A stretch of 64,000 nucleotides of DNA from Felis catus. Its lineage: Eukaryota. Under the pieces are notes generated by a model, which made no database searches, was not told the DNA's origin, and worked only from the letters and a program-made list of their open reading frames with translations. This document shows, piece after piece, positions 37,759-50,591 of the stretch; within the stretch, counting starts at the first letter, position 1; the number at the start of each line of letters is the position of its first letter. Both the position numbers and the translations under genes were made by a program. The stretch lies in contig NC_058368.1 of assembly GCF_018350175.1 (NCBI RefSeq), positions 183,956,001 through 184,020,000 on the forward strand. The letters are read 5' to 3'.

Positions 37759-39466
37759 CTAAAATGCCATCTATTTTCTTTTCTTCCATTGGATGGTATA
37801 AAGGTGTGATCCAATCCTGGAGTCTTCCTCTAGAAAGATTTTGGTATGCTGAGTACTAGTTTCATAACTGGCACTCTTTTACTTTCCTCTCCTGATATCT
37901 AAAGCATATTTTATCTAACATTGTATATATTATTTAAGCATCTAAAATACTTTCTAGAAAACTCTATTTACATGCGAGAAAAAGATAGTGAGACAAAGAA
38001 CCTGAAGTTTATAAACACATGCAAGAGGACAGCTAACGTGAGTTTGAGTCATTGAGTGTACTTTGCTTCCTCTGGGAACTATGTCCATCCTACCTAGTTA
38101 CCAGAGTGGTTGAGATCAAAAGAGTTAATATATATGGAGACTACCTGCAAAATGTAAAGAGCTATAAAATACAGGTTCCTTAGAGAACTCCTCATCTCAT
38201 CTCTATTAGAAGAAAACATAGAACATCTTTTCTTTAGTTAACCCAAAGAAAATGGCTCCCCATTACATTGAGTACATTGAATATGACCTATTGCATCCCA
38301 AATTGGTGTATGTGCCAGGCCTAGGACATGCTATATAGGTCACTTATCAAATGCCACTGAGGTAAGTCTCTCTGTACCTTTACACTGTGGAGAGAAGCCA
38401 GACACAGGCCTTACACCTTGAGATTTCTGAAGAACATGTACCATGTGTTTGTCATCTTTTCAGAAAAGCACTTCTGAAGAGCCCTTTAATGAGTTTCCTA
38501 GAGAAAATCTAAGGGAATCGTAATGCAACTAATCATTTCCTACCTTCCCACTGAACCTCTTATTAATTAACATGTTAATGCTCTGTTTGATTTCTTAAAT
38601 TTAGTTTGAGAGACAGTAAAACAGCTATTTTCAAATTAAATTAAATTGAGTTGTGAGAAGATTTTCAACCGATATAGGGTTTTTTGTACTCTACTAATTC
38701 TAGTACTCATTAAGGTAAAAAAAAAATCAATGAGCTTGAAATGAAAGTGTTGATATTATTGTAGGCTAAATCTACTTCTGAATAACTTACTCCCTCCATG
38801 ACAATGTTTTAGCATGTATGTGACATTAGGAAATGCAAATTCCAGTGCTTAAAGAGAGAGAAAATTTTCCTCAGTTACCATAAATGTCTCCCAAGTATCT
38901 GTTTGGGGAATTAGCCTAGTCATAAACTGTAAAAATTAAGATTTTTCTCTAGTACAGTAGACATCTTTACTGTTAATAGGCTGCAATAATCCTTTGATTC
39001 TTAATGGTGTATTGCTCTCAGTTCACTGTGCAAATTTCAGGTATAATTAATTATCTTTTATCTTCCTCAAAGGCTTTTCTTTTTAGCAAAAGGGATTTGT
39101 TTATACTTTTGTTCTAATGGATTCTAATGGGAAAGTTATATAAGATAGTCCTTATCACCAGAGCTATTGCACCATTATGGACCAAATGGTTATCACTTAC
39201 TCTTCTTTAATAAACAATTTTCAAACACCTTTATTTATATTGATTTGGGTCTTCTAAATCTTTTGGTGATTTTATGTTGAACTTCAGCAATGTCTTCTAT
39301 TGCTAGTGTTTGCAATTATCTTTTTTTTTCTTCCTCATTTATCCTTTTTTAGATTAACATGCAATAATAGGTTGGGTTGATACTACAACTCTACCACCTA
39401 TAGAAATTAAGTATGGCTATACCAGAAAATTTTCCAATGTCTTGTCCTAGGTTAATGCAAATGTTT

Positions 39467-39616
39467 CAGTGCTTCTCAAACTTTAGTGGCCATGTGAATC
39501 ACCTGGTGAGACTGTTAATATGTACATCCTGATTCCCTAGGTCTGGGTTAGGATCTGAGATTCTGCATTTCTAAGAAACTCCCAAGTTGTCATGATGGTA
39601 CTTTGAATAGTGAGGG
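39467..39616. mobile_element. MER5-family MITE
   Basis: cagtgcttctcaaacttta..gaatcacctgg..taggtctggg..ctgagattctgcatttctaa. Confidence 0.8.
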
Positions 39617-39774
39617 TTTAGATAACACTTAAAAGCCAAAATTAATTAGACCTGATGTCTTCAATGACTGCAAATCTCACAGCTTTTCTGGAAAGCAGAG
39701 TTTGCTACTCATAAAACAGTATGTTTGGCAGGACCAAAGTTCTGTAGTCAAACAAAACTGAAATATTTCTTTTT

Positions 39775-39844
39775 TTTAATTTATGTATTTATTTTGAGAG
39801 AAAGAGAGAGCCCAAGCAAAAGTGGGGGAGGGGTAGGAGGGAGG

Positions 39845-39888
<44 letters not shown>

Positions 39889-40020
39889 ATCCCAAGTAGG
39901 CTCTGCACTGTCATCACAGAGCCTGACGTAGTGCTGGAACTCATGAACTGAAAGATCACGACCTGAGTAAAAATCAAGTCAAGACACTTAACTGAATAAG
40001 CCAAGCCACCCACGTTCCCC
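39775..40020 (-). mobile_element. Can-SINE with long (GA)n
   Basis: TSD aaaactgaaatatttctttt 39754-39773 / 40021-40040. Confidence 0.95.
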
Positions 40021-40543
40021 AAAACTGAAATATTTCTTTTTCTACCTTTTTCTATCTTCTTTTTGTAAAGCAAAATACATTGCTGATGTGAAAGTTATCT
40101 CTAGAAGTTTTCACTATTTAGAACTGTAATTATAAAATATTTGTAATATTTTTCATCTTAGTTTGCCCTTTGAACTAAATACTTTGTGAAACCAGTTCAG
40201 GGCACTGTGATGATTCCTTATATCACAGCAGGGAGAGGGGGGTGGGGGGGAGGGGAACAAAACAGTTTTATCTTAAAGATAATAGTCAGGATTACTCATT
40301 ATCTCCTAAAGGTTAATAATATGCCTTAGGATACTACAAAAAGTAAATGGAACATGGATACCAACTTCTTGTTAGGTCTCTTTTTAAGTATCCTGCCATC
40401 AAACCCTTTTTGTCTTATAAGTGTTCAATAAAAATTTAGTTTATATCTCTAAGTTATTTTTTGTCACTGGGAAAGGAACTGTTAAGTTCCCCCCTTTGTT
40501 AAAAAATCTCCTTCTGTTCTAGAATGTGTACTTTACTTCTGGG

Positions 40544-40957
40544 CAGTGCTTATCAAACCTTAGTGTGCAGCAGAATCACCAGGGTCTGCTGCTGAAACAC
40601 AGCTTGCTAGGATTTACCTACACAGTTTTGGATTTAGTAGGTGCGGTGTAGGAATTTGCAAGCATTCAAGAATTTGAATTTCTTTTATTTTAATTTTTAT
40701 TTATTCATATTTAAGAAGTGGGTGTTGAGGGGTGGGGAGAGATAGGGAGACAGAGAATTCTAAGCAGGCTCTGCATTGTCAGCACAGAGCCCAATGCAGG
40801 GCTCAAACTCACGAACTGTGAGATCATGACCTGAGCAGAAGAAATCAAAAGTCAGATCCTTAACCCACTGAGCCACCCAGGTGCCCCAAGAATTTACATT
40901 TCTAACAGTTTTCCAGGTAAGACTGTCTGGTCCAGGGCCCACACAATGAGAACTAGT
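40544..40957. mobile_element. MER5A interrupted by SINE
   Basis: cagtgcttatcaaac..cagaatcacc..gatttagtaggt..[SINE]..catttctaaca..ccaggt..tgagaac. Confidence 0.75.
40684..40887 (-). mobile_element. Can-SINE
   Basis: TSD aagaattt(ga/ac)atttct 40668-40683 / 40888-40903. Confidence 0.93.
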
Positions 40958-41689
40958 AATTTAAAAAAATGTATTTGTCTGTTTATCAAAGATTTCTAAC
41001 TGTGGGAAAGCTAGGTTTATAAGGAGAAATGTGAGGATCTCAACCAGTCTTTATCTAAGTTGTTGACACAGAAGCTATAGGAGCCTCATAAAATCATTCA
41101 GTAAAATGTCAAGGAGCAGTGGCTTTCCATGTCCCATACAGGGAGAGAGATTCTTCAGGTAAGAGTTTAAGATCACTTGGTCAGGGAGGTCTTAGCAAAC
41201 TCTCATATTAGGACAGGTCTCCTTGCAATCATATAGGACTCTGTAATTGACCTTAACAGTAGTCATAACTATGATTATACAATTATTTGTGAAAATATTT
41301 GTTTGGTGAGTGTATTCTCCATGGGACTGTCATATTTTTATGTGCCATAACTGTCTTTCTTGGCTATGACATATATATTGGCTACATGCAATATCTAGTT
41401 TGGAGTATGACACATACTTGATGCTCAGTATCTGCCAATATAAATGATGGAAAATGTTACTATTCTTCTATGTATATAGAGATGGGAGGCTTTATTTCAG
41501 AGATGCTATTCTCTTGAGTCCATGGCAGCTATTTTTTATTGATCATGACATTCTTGCATGCTGAACTGAGACTCGGCCCAGGAATTATTTTCAATACAGG
41601 CGGACTCTACCAGTTGTCATATATGGCATATGAGATAAAACCTAATTGCCATTCCTACAATGAACTCTATTCAGAATGGCCTTTGCTTT

Positions 41690-41985
41690 GTTCACTCAAT
41701 ATTCCCTGAGTTTTGCCTCTACCTTTGTTCATGCTGTTTCATTTATCTGAAATAGCTACTCTCCTCCAAACACACTCCATTTGTTGAAAACCTATTAATT
41801 CCTTAAGTCCTATCTTGAGCACCATCTTTTCTGTGAAGCCTTTTGAAATCCCCTTAATTAGATGAAATCTCTGATGACTCTAACCTTACTCTCCCTTACA
41901 ACATAGTAATTTGTATGCTTGCCTTTACTTTACTGAAATGGTCCTCCTTAAAGACAAAGAACACTTATTCAACTTCTTTTACCAT
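41690..41985 (+). mobile_element. L2 fragment
   Basis: cctttgttcatgctgtttc..tccttaagtcc..caccatcttttctgtgaagcctt. Confidence 0.6.
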
Positions 41986-41989
41986 AATT

Positions 41990-42290
41990 TCAGTCATTAA
42001 ACAAATAGTATTGATCTCCTATCATATGCCAGGCCCTGAGCTAAGTATGGGGGGCATAGCGATGACTGAGACCCAGCACCTGTTTTTAAGGGGGACACCA
42101 CTTGCTAGGGCATGCAACAAATACTCAAAAACATAATTGTAGAATAATGCAGTGCAGTGCAAGGTGTAGTAATGGGATGGAGAAAGGAATGATCATCTTC
42201 ACGTGGGCTGGGTGCAGAAACTGAAGATACTATAGTGGTTAAAGACAAGTAAGAGGCTTAAGAGGTAAGCAGAAGATTTTCCAGCTATTG
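41990..42290 (-). mobile_element. L2 3' end
   Basis: cattaaacaaatagtattga..cctatcatatgccaggccctgagctaagt. Confidence 0.65.
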
Positions 42291-43256
42291 AACTATATGT
42301 GGTAGATTTTCAGCTTCTTCCAGTTATCCAGCTTATTTGAACAGATCTAAATGTACATTGTAAAACAGAAATGGGTTAAACAAATTATATTTTATTTTCT
42401 TATGTCTCTTTAGTTTCCTAAATGTCTGCTGCATGAAGTTTTCATGGATCCTACACCTCAATCCTCCTACCATCAGCTACTTTTCTGTAATAATACACTA
42501 TACCTTATCTCAGTCCATGCACCTATTGGCCTTACTTAGTAACTGTCCCATTGACTCACCTTGGTTGCCTTGTCCTTGAAGGGATAGCATTATTTCCAAT
42601 AGCCATATCAAACATATATTTGGAGCCTGCTAAAGTAGTCACCTCCTTTACCAATGTATATAATTGCACAGACTGAAGAAACTTGCCAGGAACCCAAATC
42701 CAGTTTGCTGTTACAGGAAGCAAGGGCTGCTGAAGCAATTCCCAGCCAGGATACAGGTAGGAACATGTTCTCAGAATCACCAGGAGGGATCACAGCAAGT
42801 GGCCCAAGGACAAATCTCTCTCTCTCCACCGATCACCACTGAAACCTGTTCCTCTGTATTAAAAGCATTAGATCATAGGGTTCTATACCTACAGATTTGT
42901 TTCAGAAAGCCTAGTTCTGACTCCAGGATGTCAGTTTGAACCAATACCACAGTGGGTAAGGTTACAGGTAGCTCACACCACATACTTTATTCCAAGTAAA
43001 TCATCCCTGATCTTGTGGGGTGAATTCTGAAACAAAGGCAACTGCATAATGTTTTCCCTACCACGACTTCTATACGCTAATGTAGGAAACATGGAAAACG
43101 ATTAAAACTTCTATCTTTTGCCAAGTGGCCTGCTTCAAACTCCCTTCCCTGTTTTCTCTGATTACCTCTTTCTACCAGAAAGAGATGGTGATGGTTATTT
43201 TCTTCCCCTCTTTCACAAAAGTGATATAGGAGCAATTTAAGACTTTTATTTATCTT

Positions 43257-43458
43257 GGGGTGCCTAGGTGGCTCAGTCAGTTGAGCGTCCTACTTCAGCT
43301 CAGGTCATGATCTCACAGTTTGTGGGTTCAAGCCCTGCATCGGGCTCTATGCTGACAGCTCAGAGCCTGGAGGCTGCTTCAGACTCTGTCTCCCTCTCTC
43401 TCTTCCCTTCCCCCGCCCGCACTCTTTCTCTGAAGAATAAACATTAAAATTTAAAAAA
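43257..43458 (+). mobile_element. Can-SINE
   Basis: Head ggggtgcctaggtggctcagtc; TSD aaga(c/a)ttttattt(a/c)tctt 43239-43256 / 43459-43476. Confidence 0.96.
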
Positions 43459-43569
43459 AAGAATTTTATTTCTCTTATTGATCTCTCACATCATTATGAT
43501 TTACTTAGGTGAAAAAACTGAAACCAGGACTTGCCATTCTCCCAACAAATTGTTAATTTGTTGCTAACC

Positions 43570-43760
43570 AGGCACAAGGTTTCCTGATCTCACTTCTCCC
43601 TCAAAGTAGCATTATGAAGAAGATGCAATTGTCCTCACTTTACAGATGGGGAAACAAGACGAATGGTTAAGGAATTTGCAAAGATCACCTAGCAAGTGAA
43701 AGCCAGCTTCAGTTCAAACCCAGATGTCTGGTTCTACAACCCATTTTTTAACCACATGAA
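43570..43760 (-). mobile_element. MIR
   Basis: ctcactttacagatggggaaac..ggttaaggaatttgcaaagatcacctagcaagt..ttcaaacccag. Confidence 0.8.
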
Positions 43761-45299
43761 ACAGTTGGTATTTCACTTCATTTTGTTGGGACAATAGGCA
43801 CTGAGCAAATAATGAGTGTATATATGCTGTAATCTACCAGGTTAATTAATCATACATGTGAAACGGTGTCCTTCCCATATTCCTTTAGCCTCATTCTCTT
43901 CCTTGGGTTGAGATATGTAATAATGTTCTCTAACACTAGGCTTCTAGTTTCTGTAGTTTTCTTTCTCTTTGACAACCACTTTTTCCTCTTCGTTTAAGAT
44001 TCTGTATCATCTATCTTTGATCTAGGCACTTTTTCTTTATTCTCCAGAGTGTTTCTTCTCAGCAGTCCCCTAGTTTTATTATTCGGAATTTTAGACCTAC
44101 TTTTCTCTTTTAGCTTTAAGCTCTGGGCTTTTCTCTTATTCTTCATCTGAGGCGGTCATACGCCCATGCTGTTTCATTCATTAGTTGTTTTTTTTTTTTT
44201 CAATCATACATTCTTTTCTGTTCCCTATTATTCTAGATTTCATCACACTACCTTAATCCTTACTAATGTGCTGGAAAGATTTTCCCCTCTCAAGCACGTC
44301 TGTTACTAGTCTTTCAACTATGACACTCTCATTATTGACTTTATTGATCACATAGATACTTCTCCAAGTTTTTGTATCAATGAATTTACTCGATGCACAA
44401 GTATCTTATTTATGCCCCACCCAATATGAATGGGGATGTTTTGATATGATAGCCATCGAGGCTCAAATCCATAGTGAGATAGGATAATATACTCACACCT
44501 GGAACTACATTTGCCTCATTAGTGACAAAAAAACATTTCCAAAAATTAGCTTCTAGAAAGCAGGCTAGTCTCTGGTCATTTCAGATCAGAGCATTTTCTA
44601 TTTTAAGGCATTATCATAACTGTTACTAAATCTAATTGTAAACATCAAACTTTTCTAAGATTCACAATCCATTAGAAGATAATGTAACGGATTCTGTAAA
44701 ACTCCATCACTAGAATGATTTATTTGTCACTATTATATAATTTGTAAATAAGGGAGAGAAGAGCCTAAAGTTTTTTTTTTTAAATATCACAAATTACATC
44801 CCTTACGTTGCAGTGATTATAGTGTGCTTCTTTTCTGTTTAGTAAAGGTACTAACAGCAAGAGTTTCCAGAACAGAGGAATCATGACAGGGCAAACCAGA
44901 AATGCAATGCGTCAAAGCAACACAAGATGTCACTTTTACATAGGCCTGCTCTCTTCCAGGGTGCAGCTACACCTGCATTGTGCACAACATGTGGAGAGGA
45001 AAAGCACCAAAGAGATTTACAAATCCTTCAGAAACATGAACAGGAGCCAAAGTTCTTAGCTTGTTATTAATATTTATAACAATATCTTGAGAAGTATCCC
45101 CCCGCTGGAATTATTCTCCAACACCTATATAAACCCATGCCATGCATTGCCTTCAAAACACAATGCAGTTTCTCCTTCACTTTCTGGATGGCACAAGGCC
45201 CAAAACTAAGGTTATTCTCACTGCCTACCATATTCTTCCTCTTTGCTTTCTTATTTCTGCTCTTCCAACATTTTATTTGAGGCCTGGTCTGTTCATATA

Positions 45300-45514
45300 G
45301 GCAGCGGATTGGGGCTCAGTCTGTTAAGCGTCCGACTTCAGCTCAGGTCATGATCTCACAGTTTATGGGTTTGAGCCCTGGGTTGGGCTCTGTGCTGACA
45401 GCTCAGAGCCTGGAGCCTTCTTCAGATTCTGCGTTTCCCTCTCTCTCTGCCCCTCCCCAGCTCATATTCGCTCTCTCTCTCAAAAATAAATAAACATTTT
45501 TTTAATTTAAAAAA
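45300..45514 (+). mobile_element. Can-SINE
   Basis: ggctcagtctgttaagcgtccgacttcagctcaggtcatgatctc..aaaaataaataaac. Confidence 0.93.
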
Positions 45515-45634
45515 GAGCTATTTTTGGCCATATAAGTCCAATATTGTCAAGTCTTCCAGTTTTTTCCCAAGAAGGAATTCTGGGAGTGCTGTAAAATGAT
45601 CAATTGATGAAATTTAAATAAGTATACAAACAAA

Positions 45635-46080
45635 AAGTAGTATAAAATGGTACACCACATTGCAAAACTGGCAGTTTCTTTTTTTAATTTTATTTTTAAA
45701 AATATTTTTAATGTTTTTATTTATTTTTGAGGGAGAGAGACAGAGAGAATGTGAGCAGAGGAGGGGCAGAGAGGGAAACACAGAATCTGAAGCAGGCTCC
45801 AGGCTCTGAGCTGTCAGCACAGAGCCCGACACAGGTCCTGAACTCATTAACAGCAAGATCGTGACCAGAGCCGAAACTGGATGCTAAACCACTGAATGAC
45901 CCAGGTGCCCCAAACTGGCAGTTTCTAATGAAGGTAAACAAATACCTACTCTGTGACCCCATAATTCTACTCACAGATATTTACCCTACATAAATAAAAA
46001 CCTACATCTACAAAAAGATTTATGTAAAAACTATAGCAGCTTCTTTTTCATAGTCTGAAACCAGAAACAATCCAAACACT
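45635..46080 (+). mobile_element. Old L1M ORF2 3'-region fragment interrupted by SINE
   Basis: gtataaaatggtacacca..tggcagtttct..tgacccc..aattctactc..tatttaccc..aaacaatccaaa. Confidence 0.7.
45680..45911 (-). mobile_element. Can-SINE
   Basis: Perfect 15-bp TSD aaactggcagtttct 45665-45679 / 45912-45926. Confidence 0.96.
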
Positions 46081-46599
46081 GCTCTTCAAGTTACTGTTCC
46101 AATGACATATTTCATTACTCTCTTAACTACTCAGAATATGTTTCGATTCTGTCTGCATTCAACTTAGAGTGGACCTTGAATCATCTACAAGCTTTTCAGT
46201 GTTCTTTGACAACAAAGAGCACAGTGGATCTGATCTTTGCTTTATATTACTTTCTGTATTTCTATAGATGTACTTAAAGAGGATGCTAGGTAGTTTGGTA
46301 GTACATTTTTCCACTATTATGTATTTTTCTATTGATTCGTATTGAATATAATTTCTGAAATGGTTCTAAAACTTCTATATCTGTCCCTGATAGAATGTGG
46401 TTTTTTTTATTCTATCCCTTACAAAAACATTTTTGTTTTGCTTGGTTTTTGCTCAAATGACATAATATCCATTTTAATCTTGTTGAATTTGATTCATCCA
46501 TTTCTGCAAGCTCTTTAAGTATATGGAAGCTCTCTTGTTGATAGGAAGTATCTTTAGAAACAACAACCTTGTGATTATCTCCACCATAATGGATATGTA

Positions 46600-46800
46600 T
46601 TATATGCTAAGTGTGTTTGTTACTTACATAATTGATGCAATGTGTAGATGGCTCTTTCCTTCATTATCGTTTTTATAGATGAGGAAACTGAGATTGATAA
46701 TGGTTAACTTACTTGCCTAGAGGCACACAACTAGTATGTGGGAAAAACAGAACCCTACACTAAATCCACCAATTTCAAAGTCCACAGTATTAACCATTAT
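46600..46800 (-). mobile_element. MIR
   Basis: ttttatagatgaggaaactgag..ggttaact..cttgcctagaggcacacaactagt. Confidence 0.8.
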
Positions 46801-47359
46801 AATTTTGCTTCTTTGAAATTTGAAAATAATTCCTACTATTCCATCCATTGATAAAATGTACAGTAAGACATGTGTCAGAGTCCTAGAGTAATAAGAGTTA
46901 TTCTCGGGTGGCACACATTTATCAGTTTACCAGGAGTCTGGTAACACAGTTGTACTTTTGTTTATGTAAGTTAACAAACCAATTAAATTTATAAATAGGA
47001 ATTTCACGCACTTTAATTGCAAAAATCGTATCCAGAAGGATATAATTAGTGGCTTGGATAAACGTATCTGGACTTCAGTATAAAATCTATGTCTACTTAT
47101 AGCTTCTAACCTTGTTCTAATCACTTGCACACTCACACCGTCACATTTCTGAAATCAAACTGCATCTGAAGATTGATGTATACATTTAAAGGGGGTAGAG
47201 TGTTTAGTGGTTGCAGTTATAAAAAGATGTCTCATTGAGGAACTAGTGTAACTAGTCCTAGAATCTTCTGAATGCTAAAGGTCATGTTCAGGTCCTTAGT
47301 TACCAATATTAATCTCTTTCTCCTTCTGAAAATAAGAGCTCTATTTCCTTCTCAGTCTT

Positions 47360-47577
47360 TTTTTTTAATTTTTTTAATGTTTATTTATTTTGAGAGAAAG
47401 AGAGAGAGAGTGAGCAGGGGGGGGGGCAGAGAGAGAGGGAGACACAGAATCTGAAGCAAGTTCCAGGTTCTGAGCTGCCAGCACAGAGTCCCATGCTGGG
47501 CTCGAACTCACGAACCGTGAGATCATGACCTGAGCCAAAGTGGGACACTTAACCGACTGAGCCACCCAGGTGCCCCC
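47360..47577 (-). mobile_element. Can-SINE
   Basis: TSD tccttctcagtctt 47346-47359 / 47579-47592. Confidence 0.96.
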
Positions 47578-47636
47578 ATCCTTCTCAGTCTTGCTGCATC
47601 CTCTTCTTGACCCTTTATTCCAACCCTGAGGTTTCC

Positions 47637-47859
47637 TTTTTTTTTTAATTATTTTTAATGTTTATTTATTTTTGAGAGAGACAGAGAGACAAAGTGCAAG
47701 CTGGGGCGGTGCAGAGAGAGAGGGAGACACAGAATCCAAAGCAGGCTCGAGGCTCCGAGCTGTCAGCACAGAGCCGGACATGGGGCTTGACCTCACAAAC
47801 CATGAGATCATGACCTGAGCCGAAGTCAGACGCTCAAATGACAGCCACCCAGGTGCCCC
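47637..47859 (-). mobile_element. Can-SINE
   Basis: TSD caaccctgaggtttc 47621-47635 / caacactaaggtttc 47862-47876. Confidence 0.95.
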
Positions 47860-48280
47860 ATCAACACTAAGGTTTCAATCTCACTTCTAAGATTCTCATT
47901 TTGGAATGCTGTAACCACAAGCCAGGTCACAAAGTCATTTTGGACAAGATCCTGTTCCTCAATACTTTACTTTTAGGATCCCCTCAATCACCTCTCTCAA
48001 GTGTTTGTTCACTCTTGGAATGCTATGCTTTCGAAAAAAAAATTGGACTTGTTAACCCAAAGCACCTCCCTTGTTCTGTTTTTGTAACTGTAAAAACCTT
48101 GACAGATCTTCAGTCGGTTCTTTTGTCCTTATAAACATGAGCTCTTTGGATTTCAGCTTTCCTGACCTCATTTTTAACTCAGAAACTTCCGTTTGTTTTT
48201 ATACTTTGTACATGTACCTTAAAAATACGAGGTTAATACAGATTTCCTTGTTCAACAACAATAAAACCTACCATTTTGAA

Positions 48281-48377
48281 GTATGCATATGTTAGATATT
48301 CTAAATACCTCATAAAATTTATCAATGCATATGTATGCATATGTTAGATATTCTAAATACCTCATAAAATTTATCAA
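48281..48377. repeat. Perfect 45-bp direct duplication
   Basis: 48281-48325 identical to 48333-48377. Confidence 0.97.
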
Positions 48378-48673
48378 ATCTATACCTTCCCAAAATTATA
48401 AGCTATTACTCCTATTTGGCAAATGCAGAAAATAAAATTTTAATTTGTTTAGGTTACACATCCCTTAAAAAAAAGCATAACTAATGCATCTAACTCCAAC
48501 TTCATGCTCTTAACATTTTTGACAAAATCTCATCTTCTGTCAAGTCCTGTCATACTTTTTTACATGGTTAGACCTGTGCTTATCTTTCTAAAACATATTT
48601 CTGAAGACATTGAAATCATATATTCCTTATATAACCAGGTCATATTTGTCATCTATGGAGCAATTCAATAGTT

Positions 48674-48709
48674 TTTGTTTGTTTGTTTGTTTGTTTGTTT
48701 GTTTGTTTG
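48674..48709. repeat. (TTTG)n microsatellite
   Basis: Direct observation. Confidence 0.96.
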
Positions 48710-48978
48710 GTTTTTTGTTTTACCATATTGGTATTTAATCAATATTCTTAAAGGAAAATTGATGTAAAATGTAAATTTTGCACTCACTTTTAACACTTCC
48801 CCCTAAATTGACCTGATTCTTATACTTTGGCAGATATCAGACATAAATCACAAAGAAATAGGCTGTAAGGGTAAAGAGATATGTATTCATACGATCTACA
48901 AGTTGGTAGAAGGGAGGAGTGATTTCTAGCGAGAGAAGTGTCATCACCAGGAAGGAGCTGTACTGCTCATTAACTCTT

Positions 48979-49291
48979 TGTAGCAGAGATCCTGGTTTTC
49001 TACCCAAATCCAAAACCCTCTCTCCCTATGTTTATAGGGGTTTTTTTCTGGATACATGGTTAGACTACATTTCCTAGACTCCCTTACAGGTTATTTTGAC
49101 AATATGACTAATTTCTCTCCAAGGGAATGTAAATAGAAATGAGGTGGCCTCCAGGCCATGCTTTTTAAAAGTAAGTAATTCTCTTTTCCTTCTAATGTCT
49201 GGATTCAAACAACAAGGCAGGCATTGGGATGACAGAGCTAGGAAGCAGGAGCCTGATTTTTTTTAAGTTTATTTATTTTGAGAGAGAGAAA

Positions 49292-49329
<38 letters not shown>

Positions 49330-49678
49330 ACACATATGCCCACAAGTGGAGGAAGGGTAGAGGGAGAGGGAGAGAACCCCAAGCAGACTCAATGCTCAGT
49401 GTGAAGTCCTACATGGAGTTTGATCTCTCAATCCCAGGACTGTGAGATCATGACCTGAGCCAAAATCAGGAGTCATACACTCAACCAACTGAGCTACCCA
49501 GGGACTCCAGAAGGAGGCTGATTCTTGAATCAACATGGATAAAAACTATCAGCAGGCCAGGAAACCTGCCTTGTGTTGTAAAGAAATAACTTTCTATTGA
49601 ATATCAGTTAAACCACTTATATATGGAGGTGCAGGTTGTGTCTGTTTATTATAAAAATTTAGTGTGGTCTTTAATATA
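48979..49678 (+). mobile_element. MLT1J-like LTR interrupted by SINE
   Basis: tgtagcagaga..tagactacatttcctagactcccttacag..atgtaaatagaaatga; 3' agaaataactttctattg..ttaaaccact. Confidence 0.7.
49259..49508 (-). mobile_element. Older Can-SINE with (GA)n
   Basis: TSD agcaggagcctgatt 49244-49258 / agaaggaggctgatt 49509-49523. Confidence 0.9.
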
Positions 49679-50108
49679 CTCTTTCAACTTTTTAACATAA
49701 TATATCTACCACTTTTCATGATTTTCAATGGGTAAAAGTGTCTCCTAGAGAATTCAGAAAACAAAAAAAAAAGAAAAAGAAAAAAATTATTAAAATACAC
49801 TGATGTTGTGGAAGAGATAGTCTCAACGAGTGCACAACTGTCTGCCTGGGAGAGATTTACAAAGCTTCCCAGAGTAGAGGACTTGACGGGTAAAGATTAA
49901 ATTTTCAAAGAAGTTTGGAGAACAACCATCTACAAGTGAGAACAGCATGAACAAAGTTGAGGGAGTCTTGAACTGGCAGTGGGCCTGTTTATGGGAAGTT
50001 CAGTTTGGATGAAGCAGTTGGCACAAAAGAAATGAGGATGGACCCTGGAAGGGGATTAGGACTGAAGAGTTATATGGGGCCAGATCTTCAAGTGTTTTCC
50101 ACTCCATG

Positions 50109-50591
50109 TGTGGTGGGCAGAATAATGACGCCCCCACCTGGAACCTGTAAATATATTAGGTTACAAAAGGGAATTAAGGTTGAAAGTGGAATTAAGATGG
50201 CTAATGAGCCAACCTCAAAATAGGGAGATTATCCTGGATTATCCAAGTAGGGTCAATGTAATCAAAGGGTGGTTACAAGAGTTAGAGGAAGATGTGACTA
50301 TAAAAAAATCAGAGAAATGGAAACAGGGGAGCACTGGGCCCATAGTGCTGGCTTTGATGTAAGAGGAAGGGGCCATAAGCCAAGGAGAGTGGCAGGTGGC
50401 CCTTGGAAACTGGAAAAGAAAAGGAAACAGTTCTCCCCTAGAGCCTACAGAAAGTACTGCAGCCTACCAGCAGCTTGACCTTAGCTCAGTGAGATCTGTG
50501 TCAGACTTTGGATCCACAGAAAATAAATTTATGTTTTTCTAAGTTGCTACATTTGTGCTCATTTGTCATAGCAGCAATGGGGAATTAATAC
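50109..50591 (+). mobile_element. MaLR solo LTR, MLT1D-like
   Basis: tgtggtgggcagaataatg..agggagattatcctggattatcc..ttctcccctagagcct..tttgtcatagcagcaat..ttaatac. Confidence 0.88.

Noticed and set aside
42440..42540. C/A-rich stretch superficially like mitochondrial DNA (numt)
   Set aside because: No recognisable mitochondrial gene or tRNA sequence.
44945..45070. Plus-strand acceptor followed by short open frames (GAATPALCTTCGEEKHQ...)
   Set aside because: No donor before the stops and no recognisable protein.
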